Of a DNA stretch of 64,000 bases, positions 29,446 to 39,982 are shown piece by piece. The stretch spans positions 128,001-192,000 of the forward strand of contig CAWDFP010000006.1 in NCBI GenBank assembly GCA_963801605.1, written 5' to 3'. Position 1 is the stretch's first letter, and each line of letters begins with the position of its first letter. Source of the stretch: an uncultured candidate division Zixibacteria bacterium (lineage in GTDB: Bacteria > Zixibacteria > MSB-5A5 > UBA10806). The notes beneath the pieces are model-generated. The model was not told the origin of the DNA and did no database searches. It worked only from the letters and a program-made list of their open reading frames with translations. The position numbers and the translations under genes are program-made.

Positions 29446-30947
29446 ATGTTCACCAAAATCCTCATTGCCAATCGCGGCGAAATAGCGATCAGAGTAATCA
29501 AGGCCTGCCGGGAGTTAGGCATCAAATCGGTGGCGGTCTATTCGACCGTCGACCGCAATGCGCTTCATGTGCAGGAGGCCGATGAAGCTGTCTGGATCGG
29601 CGAGGCATCGGCGCAAGAGAGCTATCTCAATATCGAAGCCATAATCGGCGCTATCAAAAAGACCGGCGCGGAAGCGGTTCATCCCGGCTATGGATTCTCT
29701 AGCCGAAAACCATCTTTTCGCCGAACGCTGCGAAAAAGAAGGAATCGTCTTCATCGGCCCCGATTCGCGCTCAATGAAACTGGTTGGCGATAAGGTTGCG
29801 TCCCGTCAGGTAACAGAAAAGGCTGGCATTCCCCTAATTCCGGGAATGAAAAATAAGAGCACCAGCGTTGACGAATGCCGGGAAGCAGCCTGGCAAATCG
29901 GTTTCCCGGTGCTTCTCAAGGCCTCCGCGGGCGGCGGCGGCAAAGGTATGAGGATTATCAACAAACCATCGGAACTGGCGTCGGCGGTTGAGGCGGGAAT
30001 GCGCGAGGCGCAATCAGCGTTCGGTGATCCGTCGGTATATCTCGAAAAATATATCGAACAACCCCGACATGTGGAATTCCAGGTTTTAGCTGATAAGCAT
30101 GGCAACGCAGTTCACGTATTCGAACGGGAATGTTCGATTCAGCGGCGTCACCAGAAGATTGTTGAGGAATCACCATCACCGGCGCTCAATGACGATCTCC
30201 GCCGTCGAATGGGCGAGACGGCGCTGAAAGTAGTTGAGGTTTCCGGCTATTCCAATGCCGGCACAGTGGAATTTCTGGTCGATAAATCGGGCAATTTCTA
30301 TTTCCTGGAAGTCAATGCGCGCTTGCAAGTGGAACATCCGGTGACTGAGCTTGTGGCCGGAATCGATCTGGTACATGCGCAGTTTCGAATCGCCATCGGG
30401 CGAAAAACTCTGGCTCAAGCAGGAAGATATTCGGCAAAACGGTCATGCTATTGAGTGCCGTATCTACGCCGAGGACCCCGAGAACGGCTTTCTGCCGTCA
30501 GCAGGAAAAATCTTATTTATGAAAGAGCCGTCCGGGCCGGGGGTCCGTCATGATTGCGGAATCTACTCCGGGTATGAGGTGCCGGTCTATTATGATCCAA
30601 TCCTCTCCAAGCTCATTGTCTGGGCGCAAACCAGAGAGCAAGCAATCCAAAGAATGGCGGCAACGCTTCGGGATTTTCCGATTCTGGGGATCAAGACTAA
30701 TATCGAGTTTTTACGCGAGGTAATAACTCATCTCGAATTCCGCGAGGGACGGACATTCACAGATTTCATCCCCCAAAATCTACCTGAATGGGTTCCACAG
30801 CGAAGCGAGGAACTATTATCACAGGCCGCCATTGCCGCTGAAATCATGACGCAAAAAACAAAGCATGGCGTCTATGGAGGTAAAACCCAGTTACCGTCAC
30901 CGTGGGAAACGATTGGCGACTGGCATATCGGATCAGGCAAAGGTTAG
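29446..30947 (+). CDS. Biotin carboxylase subunit of MCC/acyl-CoA carboxylase (frameshifts near 29695 and 30400)
   Basis: [65 protein letters not shown]. Confidence 0.9.
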
Positions 30948-30952
30948 GAAAA

Positions 30953-31456
30953 ATGGATTTTATATTTGATGGTAAGACTTATTCAGTGGACCTGGGACCC
31001 ACAAGTCCCGTTGGCGAGATTAACGGAAAAGTTAATGATAAACCGATCAAAGCCTCGATGACCAGAATCTCCGAACACTGCTTGTTGATTTTTCAAGGTG
31101 AAAAGGTGCAGAAGGTTTATGCGGCATCAAATGGGCAACAGGTTTTTGTACATCTAAACGGCCAGGCAATCGCGCTTGAAAAAATAACCGAGGATCGCAA
31201 GAGTTTCTCAAAAGATGCCCTGGAATATGGCGCTAAAGACCATGTGGCAACCCCGATGCCGGGCAAGGTGGTTAAGATTCTGGTCGCGGTGGGAGATAAA
31301 ATTACGCTCAAGCAGCCGCTGGTGATTGTGGAGTCGATGAAGATGGAGAACGAACTCAAGTCGCCATCTAACGGCACCGTCAAATCAATTCATTTCGCAC
31401 CCGGCGATCTGGTGGGCACCGGACAGCCAATAATCAAGATTGAACCCGAGGAATAA
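30953..31456 (+). CDS. BT-domain + biotin carboxyl carrier protein
   Basis: TPMPGKVV and VESMKME biotinylation motif. Confidence 0.88.
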   Translation: MDFIFDGKTYSVDLGPTSPVGEINGKVNDKPIKASMTRISEHCLLIFQGEKVQKVYAASNGQQVFVHLNGQAIALEKITEDRKSFSKDALEYGAKDHVATPMPGKVVKILVAVGDKITLKQPLVIVESMKMENELKSPSNGTVKSIHFAPGDLVGTGQPIIKIEPEE

Positions 31457-31458
31457 TT

Positions 31459-32244
31459 ATGACTGAGATTTTTCGTATCCTGAGTTCGCATCGCTCTATT
31501 CGCAAATTCAAATCAAGCGCGATCCCCGAAGACCTGCTTAATAAAATCATCAATTTTTCCAGGCAAGCGCCAACGACATCCAATCTTCAAGCCTATTCTA
31601 TAATAGTTGTGAGGGATTCGGAGAAGAAAAAAGTTCTGGCTCATCTGGCAGGCGATCAGCCCTGGGTCGAATCCTGCCCGGTTTTTCTGGTGCTCTGTCC
31701 GGACCTCTATCGTCTGCAGCAGGTTTGCAGTTTGCGAGGATATGAGATCAATGATAAATATATCGAGGATTTTATCGTGGCGGTGGTTGACGCCTCATTG
31801 GTGGCACAAAATATCCTGGTGGCAGCGGAGGCCAACGGCCTGGGGGTATGTGTCGTCGGAGGAATTCGCCGCAATCCGGACGAAGTATCGCATTTATTGA
31901 ATCTTCCTAAACGCGTTTTTCCGTTATTGGGAATTTGTCTGGGATATCCCGATCAGGCGGGAGTTGTCAAGCCGCGTCTGCCAAATGACATCATCGTTTT
32001 CGATGAGGAATATAAAGAGCAGGATATTGAAAACCAAATTGATGAATATGATAAATTGATTCAGTCAATTGGCCTTTATGACGGCCCCAGGCGCAAAATC
32101 CCTGCTCCCGATGGCAGAACGGTATCAGACGAAGCTTATGGTTGGAGCGAAAATTCGGCTCGGCGAATCGGCGCAACCGATCCAAAAGCGCATCGCGCTC
32201 ATATTCGGGCGTTTCTGGAAAGACAGGGATTCGGGCTGGAGTGA
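31459..32244 (+). CDS. NADPH-dependent flavin/nitroreductase (NfsA/NfrA family)
   Basis: HRSIRKF, APTTSNLQAYSII, GGIR, LGYP, KPRLP. Confidence 0.88.
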   Translation: MTEIFRILSSHRSIRKFKSSAIPEDLLNKIINFSRQAPTTSNLQAYSIIVVRDSEKKKVLAHLAGDQPWVESCPVFLVLCPDLYRLQQVCSLRGYEINDKYIEDFIVAVVDASLVAQNILVAAEANGLGVCVVGGIRRNPDEVSHLLNLPKRVFPLLGICLGYPDQAGVVKPRLPNDIIVFDEEYKEQDIENQIDEYDKLIQSIGLYDGPRRKIPAPDGRTVSDEAYGWSENSARRIGATDPKAHRAHIRAFLERQGFGLE

Positions 32245-32336
32245 TTCTATCAAATTGGTGTCTAAAAAATATGACGCCAAATTAAAAGAGCGAAGGATCA
32301 GAACGTACTACGTTCTGCTTATATCAGAAATAAAAA

Positions 32337-33668
32337 TTATTCCCCTTCGACATTCGATAAACCTGACGCTGATTGCAGGCCCCGAGCCATTTCGGGGATA
32401 ATCCCCAGGCGCACATAGATTGGATGAATCATTTTCCGGAAGGCCGGAAGATTCCTGGCAAAAACCGCCGCCCCAACGATACAGAGTGAGCCTCCGATAA
32501 TATTGGTGGCCGGCGCGCCGATTTTGCTGGCGAGAGTCCCCGCAAGCAGGCTTCCAAACGGCGCCACTCCCATAAATGCCATTGAATAAAAGCTCATGAC
32601 GCGCCCGCGTTTATCGTCCTCCACAATGGTTTGAATCATGGTATTGGCGCAAGCCATCTGCACCATCATACCAAATCCGGTGCCAAGCAACAGAATCAGT
32701 GAGAGCCAAATATTACGGGATAGCGAAAATAGAATTATCCCAATTCCAAAAATGGTAGTTGAAAGAGTTAAAATTCGCCCCAGGCCGATGACGCTTTTAC
32801 GTGATGCTAAAAAGAGCGCTCCGCTTAAAGCTCCCAGACCAGTGGCGCCCATTAAGAACCCCATCGTATTGGGCCCGCCATGCAAGATATCCTTGGCGAA
32901 TATCGGCATCAAAATGAGATAGGGGAAGCCCACCAGGCTAACCAGAGCAATCATAAAAAGGATAGCTCTGATAGGCATAAATCCGAAAGCGTAATTAAAT
33001 CCCTCTTTCATCCCGCGCAGGACTTTGCGGTGCTGCGTAGTCCGATCTCTCGGCTTTATTACCATAGCAAGGAGGGCAATGATAACCGCGATATAGCTTA
33101 TCCCATCGGCAAGGAAGCAAAAACCCTCCCCCACCCAGGCAATCAGGATTCCGGCGATCGACGGCCCGATCAATCGCGCTCCGTTAAACATGGAGGAGTT
33201 CAGGGCGATAGCGTTGCTGAGATCTTCTTTCTCCTCGATCATTTCGATGAGGAAAGACTGCCTGGCCGGCATATCGACAGTATTTATCAGACCCTGAAAA
33301 AGGTTGAGCACGACAATATGCCAAACCTGAATTACCCCCGTGAGAGCCAGGATAGCCATAGCGAAAGATTGGATCATCGCCAAGGTTTGGGTCACCACCA
33401 GGACCCGGTGACGATTCCATCTATCGACCAGCACGCCTGCGAGCGGCGCCAGCAGGAAAGTCGGTATCTGGCCGGAAAAGCTGACAATTCCCAAAAGGAA
33501 AGCTGATTTAGTAAGCCTGTAAACCAGCCAGCCGGTGGCCACCCGGGTCATCCAGGTACCGATAAGCGATATTCCCTGCCCTCCAAAAAACAGACGGTAA
33601 TTGCGATGCCTCAGGGCGCGGAGAATGAATTTGATCCCTTTAGGAGAATTATCGTTACCGGTTTTCAT
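32337..33668 (-). CDS. MFS transporter (MFS_3-like)
   Basis: ALRHRNYRLFFGGQGISLIGTWM, GVLVDRWNR, RGRVMS; ~12 TM segments. Confidence 0.9.
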   Translation of the reverse strand: MKTGNDNSPKGIKFILRALRHRNYRLFFGGQGISLIGTWMTRVATGWLVYRLTKSAFLLGIVSFSGQIPTFLLAPLAGVLVDRWNRHRVLVVTQTLAMIQSFAMAILALTGVIQVWHIVVLNLFQGLINTVDMPARQSFLIEMIEEKEDLSNAIALNSSMFNGARLIGPSIAGILIAWVGEGFCFLADGISYIAVIIALLAMVIKPRDRTTQHRKVLRGMKEGFNYAFGFMPIRAILFMIALVSLVGFPYLILMPIFAKDILHGGPNTMGFLMGATGLGALSGALFLASRKSVIGLGRILTLSTTIFGIGIILFSLSRNIWLSLILLLGTGFGMMVQMACANTMIQTIVEDDKRGRVMSFYSMAFMGVAPFGSLLAGTLASKIGAPATNIIGGSLCIVGAAVFARNLPAFRKMIHPIYVRLGIIPEMARGLQSASGLSNVEGE

Positions 33669-33800
33669 TATTCCTCAATAAGAATTATATAGTATATTTG
33701 ACTCTGATTTCCAATAACTTGAAGAGCCAATACATAAAATATTCTCATTTTAGATTAAATTAACAGAGCGAGTATTTGTTCCGAATTACCACTAAAACTC

Positions 33801-33828
33801 AAAAGCCCGGCTAATATACCGGGCCTTT
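33801..33828 (-). terminator. Intrinsic terminator
   Basis: AAAAGCCCGG-N8-CCGGGC. Confidence 0.65.
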
Positions 33829-33856
33829 GATGTAACTTTTTCGCCGTGACGGAGAG

Positions 33857-34558
33857 TTATTTCAGGATTTCGTAGTTGGAGTACCTGACCTCTCCGGAAA
33901 ACCTTATTTTGAAGATGCCGAATAAGGCTTTTGCCAAGCCGTTCATTTTCAGAGCCTTGATGACGACAAGCCCTCCCTCCATGGGCTCGAAACTCATCCA
34001 GGTTGAAAATTCCTTCAGCGCCCCCTCCGGTTTTGGTACCGAGGCATCGATCGCCCTGATAAAAAATCCCCTGCGGTCGATTTCAAAAGTCCCTTTGAAA
34101 TCGCCCTTTTTCGGCGACGATTTCGGCGCAACGGCAATTATATACGATGAATCATTTGTCTCCGTCAAGGAAAAATTATAATTTGGATTCTTAAAATCAA
34201 AAGAAAATTCATTTGACTGAGATTGATCTTTTTTATCATCGGATTTATTCTTCTTGGTCGAGTAAATTACCTGGCGCGAAATCTCTTTGTTATCGGCGAT
34301 GGTTACAGCGCTGATGACGGTATCGGAGTTCTTGATCGTGCCCTGGCTGGTCAGCTCGCTGAAAATGACCTCTTCTTTGACTTTGTATTTGGCGTGGGCG
34401 AGAAGTGAATCCTGGAGTATCATAACTGAATCAGCACGATGAAGAATCGTATTTAAGGGCAATACGGGATTCTGATCCTGGGCAGGCGCCATCCCGAACG
34501 CAAGAAGACAGGCAGCGGCTGATAACAAGAGAAATTTAATGATTAACTTAATCTTCAT
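33857..34558 (-). CDS. Secreted hypothetical protein (beta-rich)
   Basis: Signal peptide; ends VRYSNYEILK. Confidence 0.7.
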   Translation of the reverse strand: MKIKLIIKFLLLSAAACLLAFGMAPAQDQNPVLPLNTILHRADSVMILQDSLLAHAKYKVKEEVIFSELTSQGTIKNSDTVISAVTIADNKEISRQVIYSTKKNKSDDKKDQSQSNEFSFDFKNPNYNFSLTETNDSSYIIAVAPKSSPKKGDFKGTFEIDRRGFFIRAIDASVPKPEGALKEFSTWMSFEPMEGGLVVIKALKMNGLAKALFGIFKIRFSGEVRYSNYEILK

Positions 34559-34690
34559 AAAACCATTTCTTTACGCATAATCTGTTCCCGAAGAGATAAC
34601 TTGTCAAGGGAATTCGCCTTGACCGGCCTCGAAACGACGCATATTTTACCTATGCGTATTAAATGCTAACGGGGAAATTTGGGAGAAATT

Positions 34691-36106
34691 TTGAATAAAA
34701 ATAAATTTAACAAGGTCACTGATGAAACCATCGCCAGCTTGCGAGAGATAGTTGGCGCGGCGAATGTGTTAAACGAAAAGTTCGATCTCGAACCGTATTC
34801 GCATGATGAGACCGAGGATTTCGTTTACTATCCGGAGGTGGTGGTCAAACCGGTTTCGACCATCGAAATCTCGGAGATAATGAAATATTGCCACGATAAT
34901 AATATTCCGGTCACAACACGCGGCGGCGGCACCGGCCTTTCGGGAGGCGCCCTACCAGTTTATGGCGGGGTAGTTCTCTCCACAGAGCGGATGAAAAAGA
35001 TTATCGAGATCGACCGCGAGAACCTTATGGCGACGGTACAACCGGGTCTGATCACCTTCGAGCTTCACCAGGCGGTAGAGGCTGAGGGGCTTTTCTATCC
35101 GGTTGATCCGGCCTCAAAAGAATCCTGCACTATAGGCGGCAATGTAGCTGAGTGCGCCGGTGGTCCGCGGGCGGTCAAGTATGGCGTTACCCGAGACTAT
35201 GTTTATGGCCTGACCTGCGTCCTGCCGGATGGGCAAATCTTTAAGACCGGCGGGAAGCTTCTAAAGAACGTTACCGGTTATAATCTGACCCAGTTGATCG
35301 TTGGCTCTGAAGGGACTCTGTGCATTGTATCCGAGATAATTCTGAAACTAATTCCTCTTCCTCTTCATAAGCGCACCATGCTGGCCCCATTCGATTCGTT
35401 GAGCAAAGCCGCGAAGGCTCTAACGGAAATCTTTAACTCCAGGATAATCCCGCGCGCGGCGGAGTTTATCGAACAACGTGCTATCAAGGCCGCCGAGGAT
35501 AAGCTCGGTAAGCCGTTCCCTCACTCAGATAAGGCGGCGTTGCTGCTGTTTGAGATCGATGGCGACAAAGCGGAGGTTCTCGATGAGCAGGCTGAGAAAA
35601 TCGGTGAAATCTGTCTGGCACATGATGCCGACGACGTTTTCGTAGCCGACAACCGTGAGAAGCAGGATGAAATCTGGCAGATGAGACGGAATATCGGGGA
35701 AGCGGTCAAATCGATTGCTATCTATAAAGAAGAGGACACGGTGGTGCCGCGCTCGCATTTACCGGAGCTTGTGGAAAAGATCGCCGCTATATCGAAAAAA
35801 TACGGTATTCTTACCATATCTTATGGCCATGCCGGTGATGGTAATATCCATGTGAATATTATCAAAAAAGATATCTCGGATGACGATTGGAACAACAAGG
35901 TTCCGCATGTCATCGAGGACCTGTTCCGCGAAGTAGTCATTCTGGGTGGATCGATTTCGGGCGAGCATGGTATCGGATGGGTCCAGAAAAATTATCTGCC
36001 CATTGCACTCAGCCCGGTAGAAATCGAACTGATGCGAAAAATTAAGGATGTTTTTGATCCCAAGGGGATATTAAACCCCGGTAAGATGCTGCCTGACGAT
36101 CAATAA
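34691..36106 (+). CDS. FAD-linked oxidase, glycolate oxidase GlcD / D-lactate dehydrogenase family
   Basis: RGGGTGLSGG, CTIGGNVAECAGG, GSEGTL, GHAGDGNIH, SGEHGIG, DPKGILNPGK. Start TTG 34679 or 34691. Confidence 0.9.
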   Translation: MNKNKFNKVTDETIASLREIVGAANVLNEKFDLEPYSHDETEDFVYYPEVVVKPVSTIEISEIMKYCHDNNIPVTTRGGGTGLSGGALPVYGGVVLSTERMKKIIEIDRENLMATVQPGLITFELHQAVEAEGLFYPVDPASKESCTIGGNVAECAGGPRAVKYGVTRDYVYGLTCVLPDGQIFKTGGKLLKNVTGYNLTQLIVGSEGTLCIVSEIILKLIPLPLHKRTMLAPFDSLSKAAKALTEIFNSRIIPRAAEFIEQRAIKAAEDKLGKPFPHSDKAALLLFEIDGDKAEVLDEQAEKIGEICLAHDADDVFVADNREKQDEIWQMRRNIGEAVKSIAIYKEEDTVVPRSHLPELVEKIAAISKKYGILTISYGHAGDGNIHVNIIKKDISDDDWNNKVPHVIEDLFREVVILGGSISGEHGIGWVQKNYLPIALSPVEIELMRKIKDVFDPKGILNPGKMLPDDQ

Positions 36107-36269
36107 CCTGATAACAGCTCAAATCCATTCAACATAACCTGATAACCGCATATAGCAATTTATCTTATCTATAATTTTTTCTTCTATTTATTCCAAATTT
36201 TTATTAAGAAACCGCTCTTGTCGACCGAATATATAGACAGCGAAACTATAACCAAAAGGAGATATAAGC

Positions 36270-37475
36270 ATGAAGCGCTGTCTGATGATTCTATTCGTAA
36301 GTTTGTTGTCGCTTGTATTGATTATGGGTTGCGGCAAAGACAAGAAAGATTCAATTGCATCTGCTCCAGAAAGCACTACGGCCACCACAGATGCTAATGG
36401 CCTGGCAACCCTTACACTCGGTTCTTATACGATTAACGCCACAGTCCAGGATTCAATACACACCGGACTGGCTAATATCGAGGTGAGCGGCTATCTCACC
36501 CATAATAGCGTCCTCTTAGAAGCCTTTGACGCCGCCGCCACTTATTATCCATCGGTGATTCTAACACCACTATCAACCGGCAAGAATGGCCAATCCGGAC
36601 GTATTCAATCGCCTGAAAATATAATGGTAGCAGCGACATTAATACTTTATCGGGTTCAATGGGGAGTCATGGGGCTTGAAGGTTCCGGAATTGACGAAAT
36701 CGCCACTGATGAATGGACTACTGAGACCTGGCATAATGGATCTCTGTACGAAATGTACAACATAATCGATACCGTAAGCGCCTTTGATCACGGAGTGTTT
36801 GTAAATATGTCGCATGCAATGCAACAGGCTACCGGCGCTCCATTCAGAACCGCGGTATTCCTGCCCAGCCAGATCAGCGATTATGCCACATTTTCGAGTT
36901 TGGCCGGAGTCGTATTCCATGTCTTTATGGGAGATTCTCTGCATTTCTGCCAAATGAGTTATTCAGGAGCATCTCTTCCAATTATGCATGTCGATAATGT
37001 GACTCTGCTTCGCGATTTCTGGGCGCAGTTCACCCTGAGCTGGGGCGAGAATCCGAGAGACCTTGATTCTCACCTTTGGACTCCATCGATTATTAGTTCG
37101 GCCTATCATGTATACTTTGTTGATCATGGCAATTCAACGTCAGCACCTTTTGCCGATCTCGATGTAGATGATCAATACAGTTACGGCCCGGAGCATATTA
37201 CCATTTATCAAAGTTTCCCCGGTACTTACACTTATTCTGTATATCATTGGGCCGGAACCGGCACGCTTGCCACATCGGGCGCCAGCGTCAGTTTGTTAAA
37301 ACCAAATGGATCGGTTGAGACCTTCAATGTTCCGACAGATACGACAGGGGTTGGCTCGAATTGGTGGTGGAATGTTTGTACAATCGACGGAACCACCGGG
37401 GAGATTACACCTATCAATACCTTAACGGCGAATCCCCCGATAGATTTTAAGATGGCCACCGGGACTAAACCGTAG
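36270..37475 (+). CDS. Lipoprotein with C-terminal YfaP/DUF2135-like domain
   Basis: Lipobox LIMGC; LSWGENPRDLDSHLWTP...LDVDDQYSYGPEHITI. Confidence 0.75.
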   Translation: MKRCLMILFVSLLSLVLIMGCGKDKKDSIASAPESTTATTDANGLATLTLGSYTINATVQDSIHTGLANIEVSGYLTHNSVLLEAFDAAATYYPSVILTPLSTGKNGQSGRIQSPENIMVAATLILYRVQWGVMGLEGSGIDEIATDEWTTETWHNGSLYEMYNIIDTVSAFDHGVFVNMSHAMQQATGAPFRTAVFLPSQISDYATFSSLAGVVFHVFMGDSLHFCQMSYSGASLPIMHVDNVTLLRDFWAQFTLSWGENPRDLDSHLWTPSIISSAYHVYFVDHGNSTSAPFADLDVDDQYSYGPEHITIYQSFPGTYTYSVYHWAGTGTLATSGASVSLLKPNGSVETFNVPTDTTGVGSNWWWNVCTIDGTTGEITPINTLTANPPIDFKMATGTKP

Positions 37476-37509
37476 CATAAAGCTAAAACCGGATTTACAA
37501 TATTCGAAT

Positions 37510-37551
37510 AATAACCCTCGGGGTGCAAGCGTCATTCCGGGGGTTATTTTT
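37510..37551 (+). terminator. Intrinsic terminator
   Basis: AATAACCCTCGG...CCGGGGGTTATT then TTT. Confidence 0.6.
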
Positions 37552-37730
37552 ATCATGAAACTCCTGCCAAATCCGCCCGGAACACAGCCTCAGCCCATAT
37601 AGTTATTTTATCTAAAGCCAAAGGCTTATATAAAGCTTGGCGGATTTATTATCCCTGATTTTGGGGTTAAGTCCGTGTCCCCCGAAATTATGGGGCGAGT
37701 TTGTATCTTTTGCAAGAAGGAGGTTGTCAG

Positions 37731-38234
37731 ATGCCGGTTAAAAGAAATAGAGGCGTTAAGTCTGAAACTGCCGGAGTTAAAAGACAGGGGAATCACGCAA
37801 CTCCCAGGCATAGACATATTAATGGTAATCATAATGGCAATTCGGGTATCCATGGCCTGTATGAAAGAGCTAAGAAAAGAATCAATGCCGCCGATATCCC
37901 CGAAATGATTAATATCGTTCAAAATCGAGCCAGTAAAATGCTTCACAGCGGCGAGGCGGAATCGCGGAAGATCGCCAGCCAGATTTCGCTTCTGGTCCAA
38001 ATGGTGAAAGAACGTCTGGATAACAAGCGCGATCTACCCTGGCGAACCGTAGCGGCGCTTACGATGGCCGTAATTTATTTTGTTGGTCCGTTCGATTTCA
38101 TGCCCGGTTTTATCCCCTTCTCCAGATACTTGGACAAGGCCGGGGTTCTGGCTATTTGCTTTATGCTCATTCGGCACGATCTCAAGGAGTATGCTGTTGC
38201 CGAGGGGCTTGATCTCAGGGCTTATGGCTTTTAG
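37731..38234 (+). CDS. YkvA/DUF1232 family membrane protein
   Basis: SD AGGAGG; PWRTVAAL..AVIYFVGPFDFMPGFIP..YLD. Confidence 0.75.
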   Translation: MPVKRNRGVKSETAGVKRQGNHATPRHRHINGNHNGNSGIHGLYERAKKRINAADIPEMINIVQNRASKMLHSGEAESRKIASQISLLVQMVKERLDNKRDLPWRTVAALTMAVIYFVGPFDFMPGFIPFSRYLDKAGVLAICFMLIRHDLKEYAVAEGLDLRAYGF

Positions 38235-38327
38235 TCGCCTGGATATAAAATAGTTCGAATTGCGGACAGCTTGATTTATGCAGTAACGCTGTTCGGAATT
38301 AAAATTTGAGCGGTTGATAAGAGGTCC

Positions 38328-38356
38328 GAGGCAGGGTATGTTTCCTGCCTCTTTTT
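38328..38356 (+). terminator. Intrinsic terminator
   Basis: GAGGCAGG...CCTGCCTC-TTTTT. Confidence 0.7.
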
Positions 38357-38424
38357 ATTGAGGATTTTTCAATTGGCTTGTAGATAAAAGCAGCATCTTA
38401 CTCCATACATTTTCCAAACAATGC

Positions 38425-38453
38425 TTGACCCATCTTCGAAGATGCCTTAATTT
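38425..38453 (+). promoter_or_regulatory. ftsE promoter with palindromic spacer; near-leaderless
   Basis: TTGACC-N17-TAATTT; CATCTTCGAAGATG palindrome at 38431-38444; ATG 8 nt after the -10. Confidence 0.55.
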
Positions 38454-38461
38454 GAAAATCA

Positions 38462-39124
38462 ATGTTAAGCGTTGAGGGTGTCAGCAAGTACTATGGCCAG
38501 CGTCAGGCGGCCTTATCTGATATTACCTTTCGAGTCGATAAGGGCGAGATGGTTTTTCTAACTGGGGCATCAGGGGCAGGAAAATCGACCCTGCTTAGAA
38601 TGCTCTATCTCGAGGAGAAACCATCGGCAGGTAAAATCACTTTAGGCCAATTTGACTTAAGCCGTATTAAAAAAAGACAAATCCCAATACTGCGCCGTCA
38701 CGTTGGGGTTATTTTCCAGGATTTCCGTCTAATTCCGGAGCGCACGGCTGTAGAAAATGTGGCTTTAGCTCTGGAGGTAGTAGGCAAAAGCCGACGGGAG
38801 ATTATCAGGCGAAGCGATGATGCGCTGAAAATGGTTGGAATCTGGCAAAAGCGGAATAATTATCTTCAACAGCTTTCTGGAGGCGAGGCCCAGCGTGTCT
38901 CGATCGCGCGGGCGATGGTAAATGAGCCTCTGGTCCTTTTGGCGGATGAGCCAACGGGGAACCTCGATGAACAGAATTCTCAGGAAATACTGGAGCTTCT
39001 TAACGAGCTGAATATTAGAGGTGCAACAATTATTGTGGCAACGCATCAGGTTGGGTTGACCAAAAAGTACGGCAAAAGGACCCTGAATTTAGTTTCGGGA
39101 ACACTTGAAAGAAGCGCTTCATGA
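38462..39124 (+). CDS. ftsE: Cell division ATP-binding protein FtsE
   Basis: [36 protein letters not shown]; followed by ftsX and envC. Confidence 0.92.
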   Translation: MLSVEGVSKYYGQRQAALSDITFRVDKGEMVFLTGASGAGKSTLLRMLYLEEKPSAGKITLGQFDLSRIKKRQIPILRRHVGVIFQDFRLIPERTAVENVALALEVVGKSRREIIRRSDDALKMVGIWQKRNNYLQQLSGGEAQRVSIARAMVNEPLVLLADEPTGNLDEQNSQEILELLNELNIRGATIIVATHQVGLTKKYGKRTLNLVSGTLERSAS

Positions 39125-39982
39125 GATCGCTGGGCAGGATATTGATTGAAATCTGGCGGTCTGTTAAATTCGAGCTTCTTTCGACATTAGGAAGCCTGCT
39201 AACTATCTTTTTGGCAATGATCCTCTCCGGCGCCTTCTGGATATCATCAAAGAATATGACCATAACGGAAGCCCGGCTAAAGAGCAGTATGACGATGGAT
39301 GTTTTCCTGCGCGGAGAGCTTTCTTCCGATCAAATTGTCTCGTCTGGCAAAGGAGTTCTCGGCGCTGTCCGGTGTGAGTGCGGCCACTTACGTATCACCA
39401 TCCGAGGCCCTATCCAAAATGAAGGCAAAGTTTGGAGCGCAAATGCTTCAAGGTTTGGAGGATGAAAATCCGCTGCCAGCCTCATTTATCTTAAATGTCA
39501 ATCAAGCGGTGCTTCAACCCGGAGCCGCCGACAATCTCACAAAGAAACTGGCACGCTACCCAGAGGTCGATGACGTTGTCTTTGCAGGAGATATTCTTGT
39601 TCGGCTGGGCAAGATTCTGCGCACCGTCGAATATTTGAGTTTCGTTTTATCTATCCTGGTAGCTTTTGCCACGATGTTCATTGTGGCTAATACCGTGCGG
39701 GCCGTGATTTCGGATAAAAGGAAAACGGTTGAGATCATGCAGCTGGTAGGGGCTACAAGAGGATATATACTCACTCCTTTTGTCTTATTTGGCGGAATGC
39801 TTGGTTTCTTAAGTGCGATTTTATCGACAGTAGCCCTCAATTGGATAACAAAATATCTATCGGTGCATCTTACAAATATTATCTTTTTAGAGCCATACGA
39901 AATCTTGGCTTTCGTCCTTTGCGGTTTATTTCTGGGCATGGCGGGCGCCATGGCTGCCACGCAGAGATATCTCAAGATATGA
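39121..39982 (+). CDS. ftsX: Cell division permease FtsX (frameshift near 39340)
   Basis: ENPLPAS and EIMQLVGATRGYILTPF; split over two frames. Confidence 0.88.
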
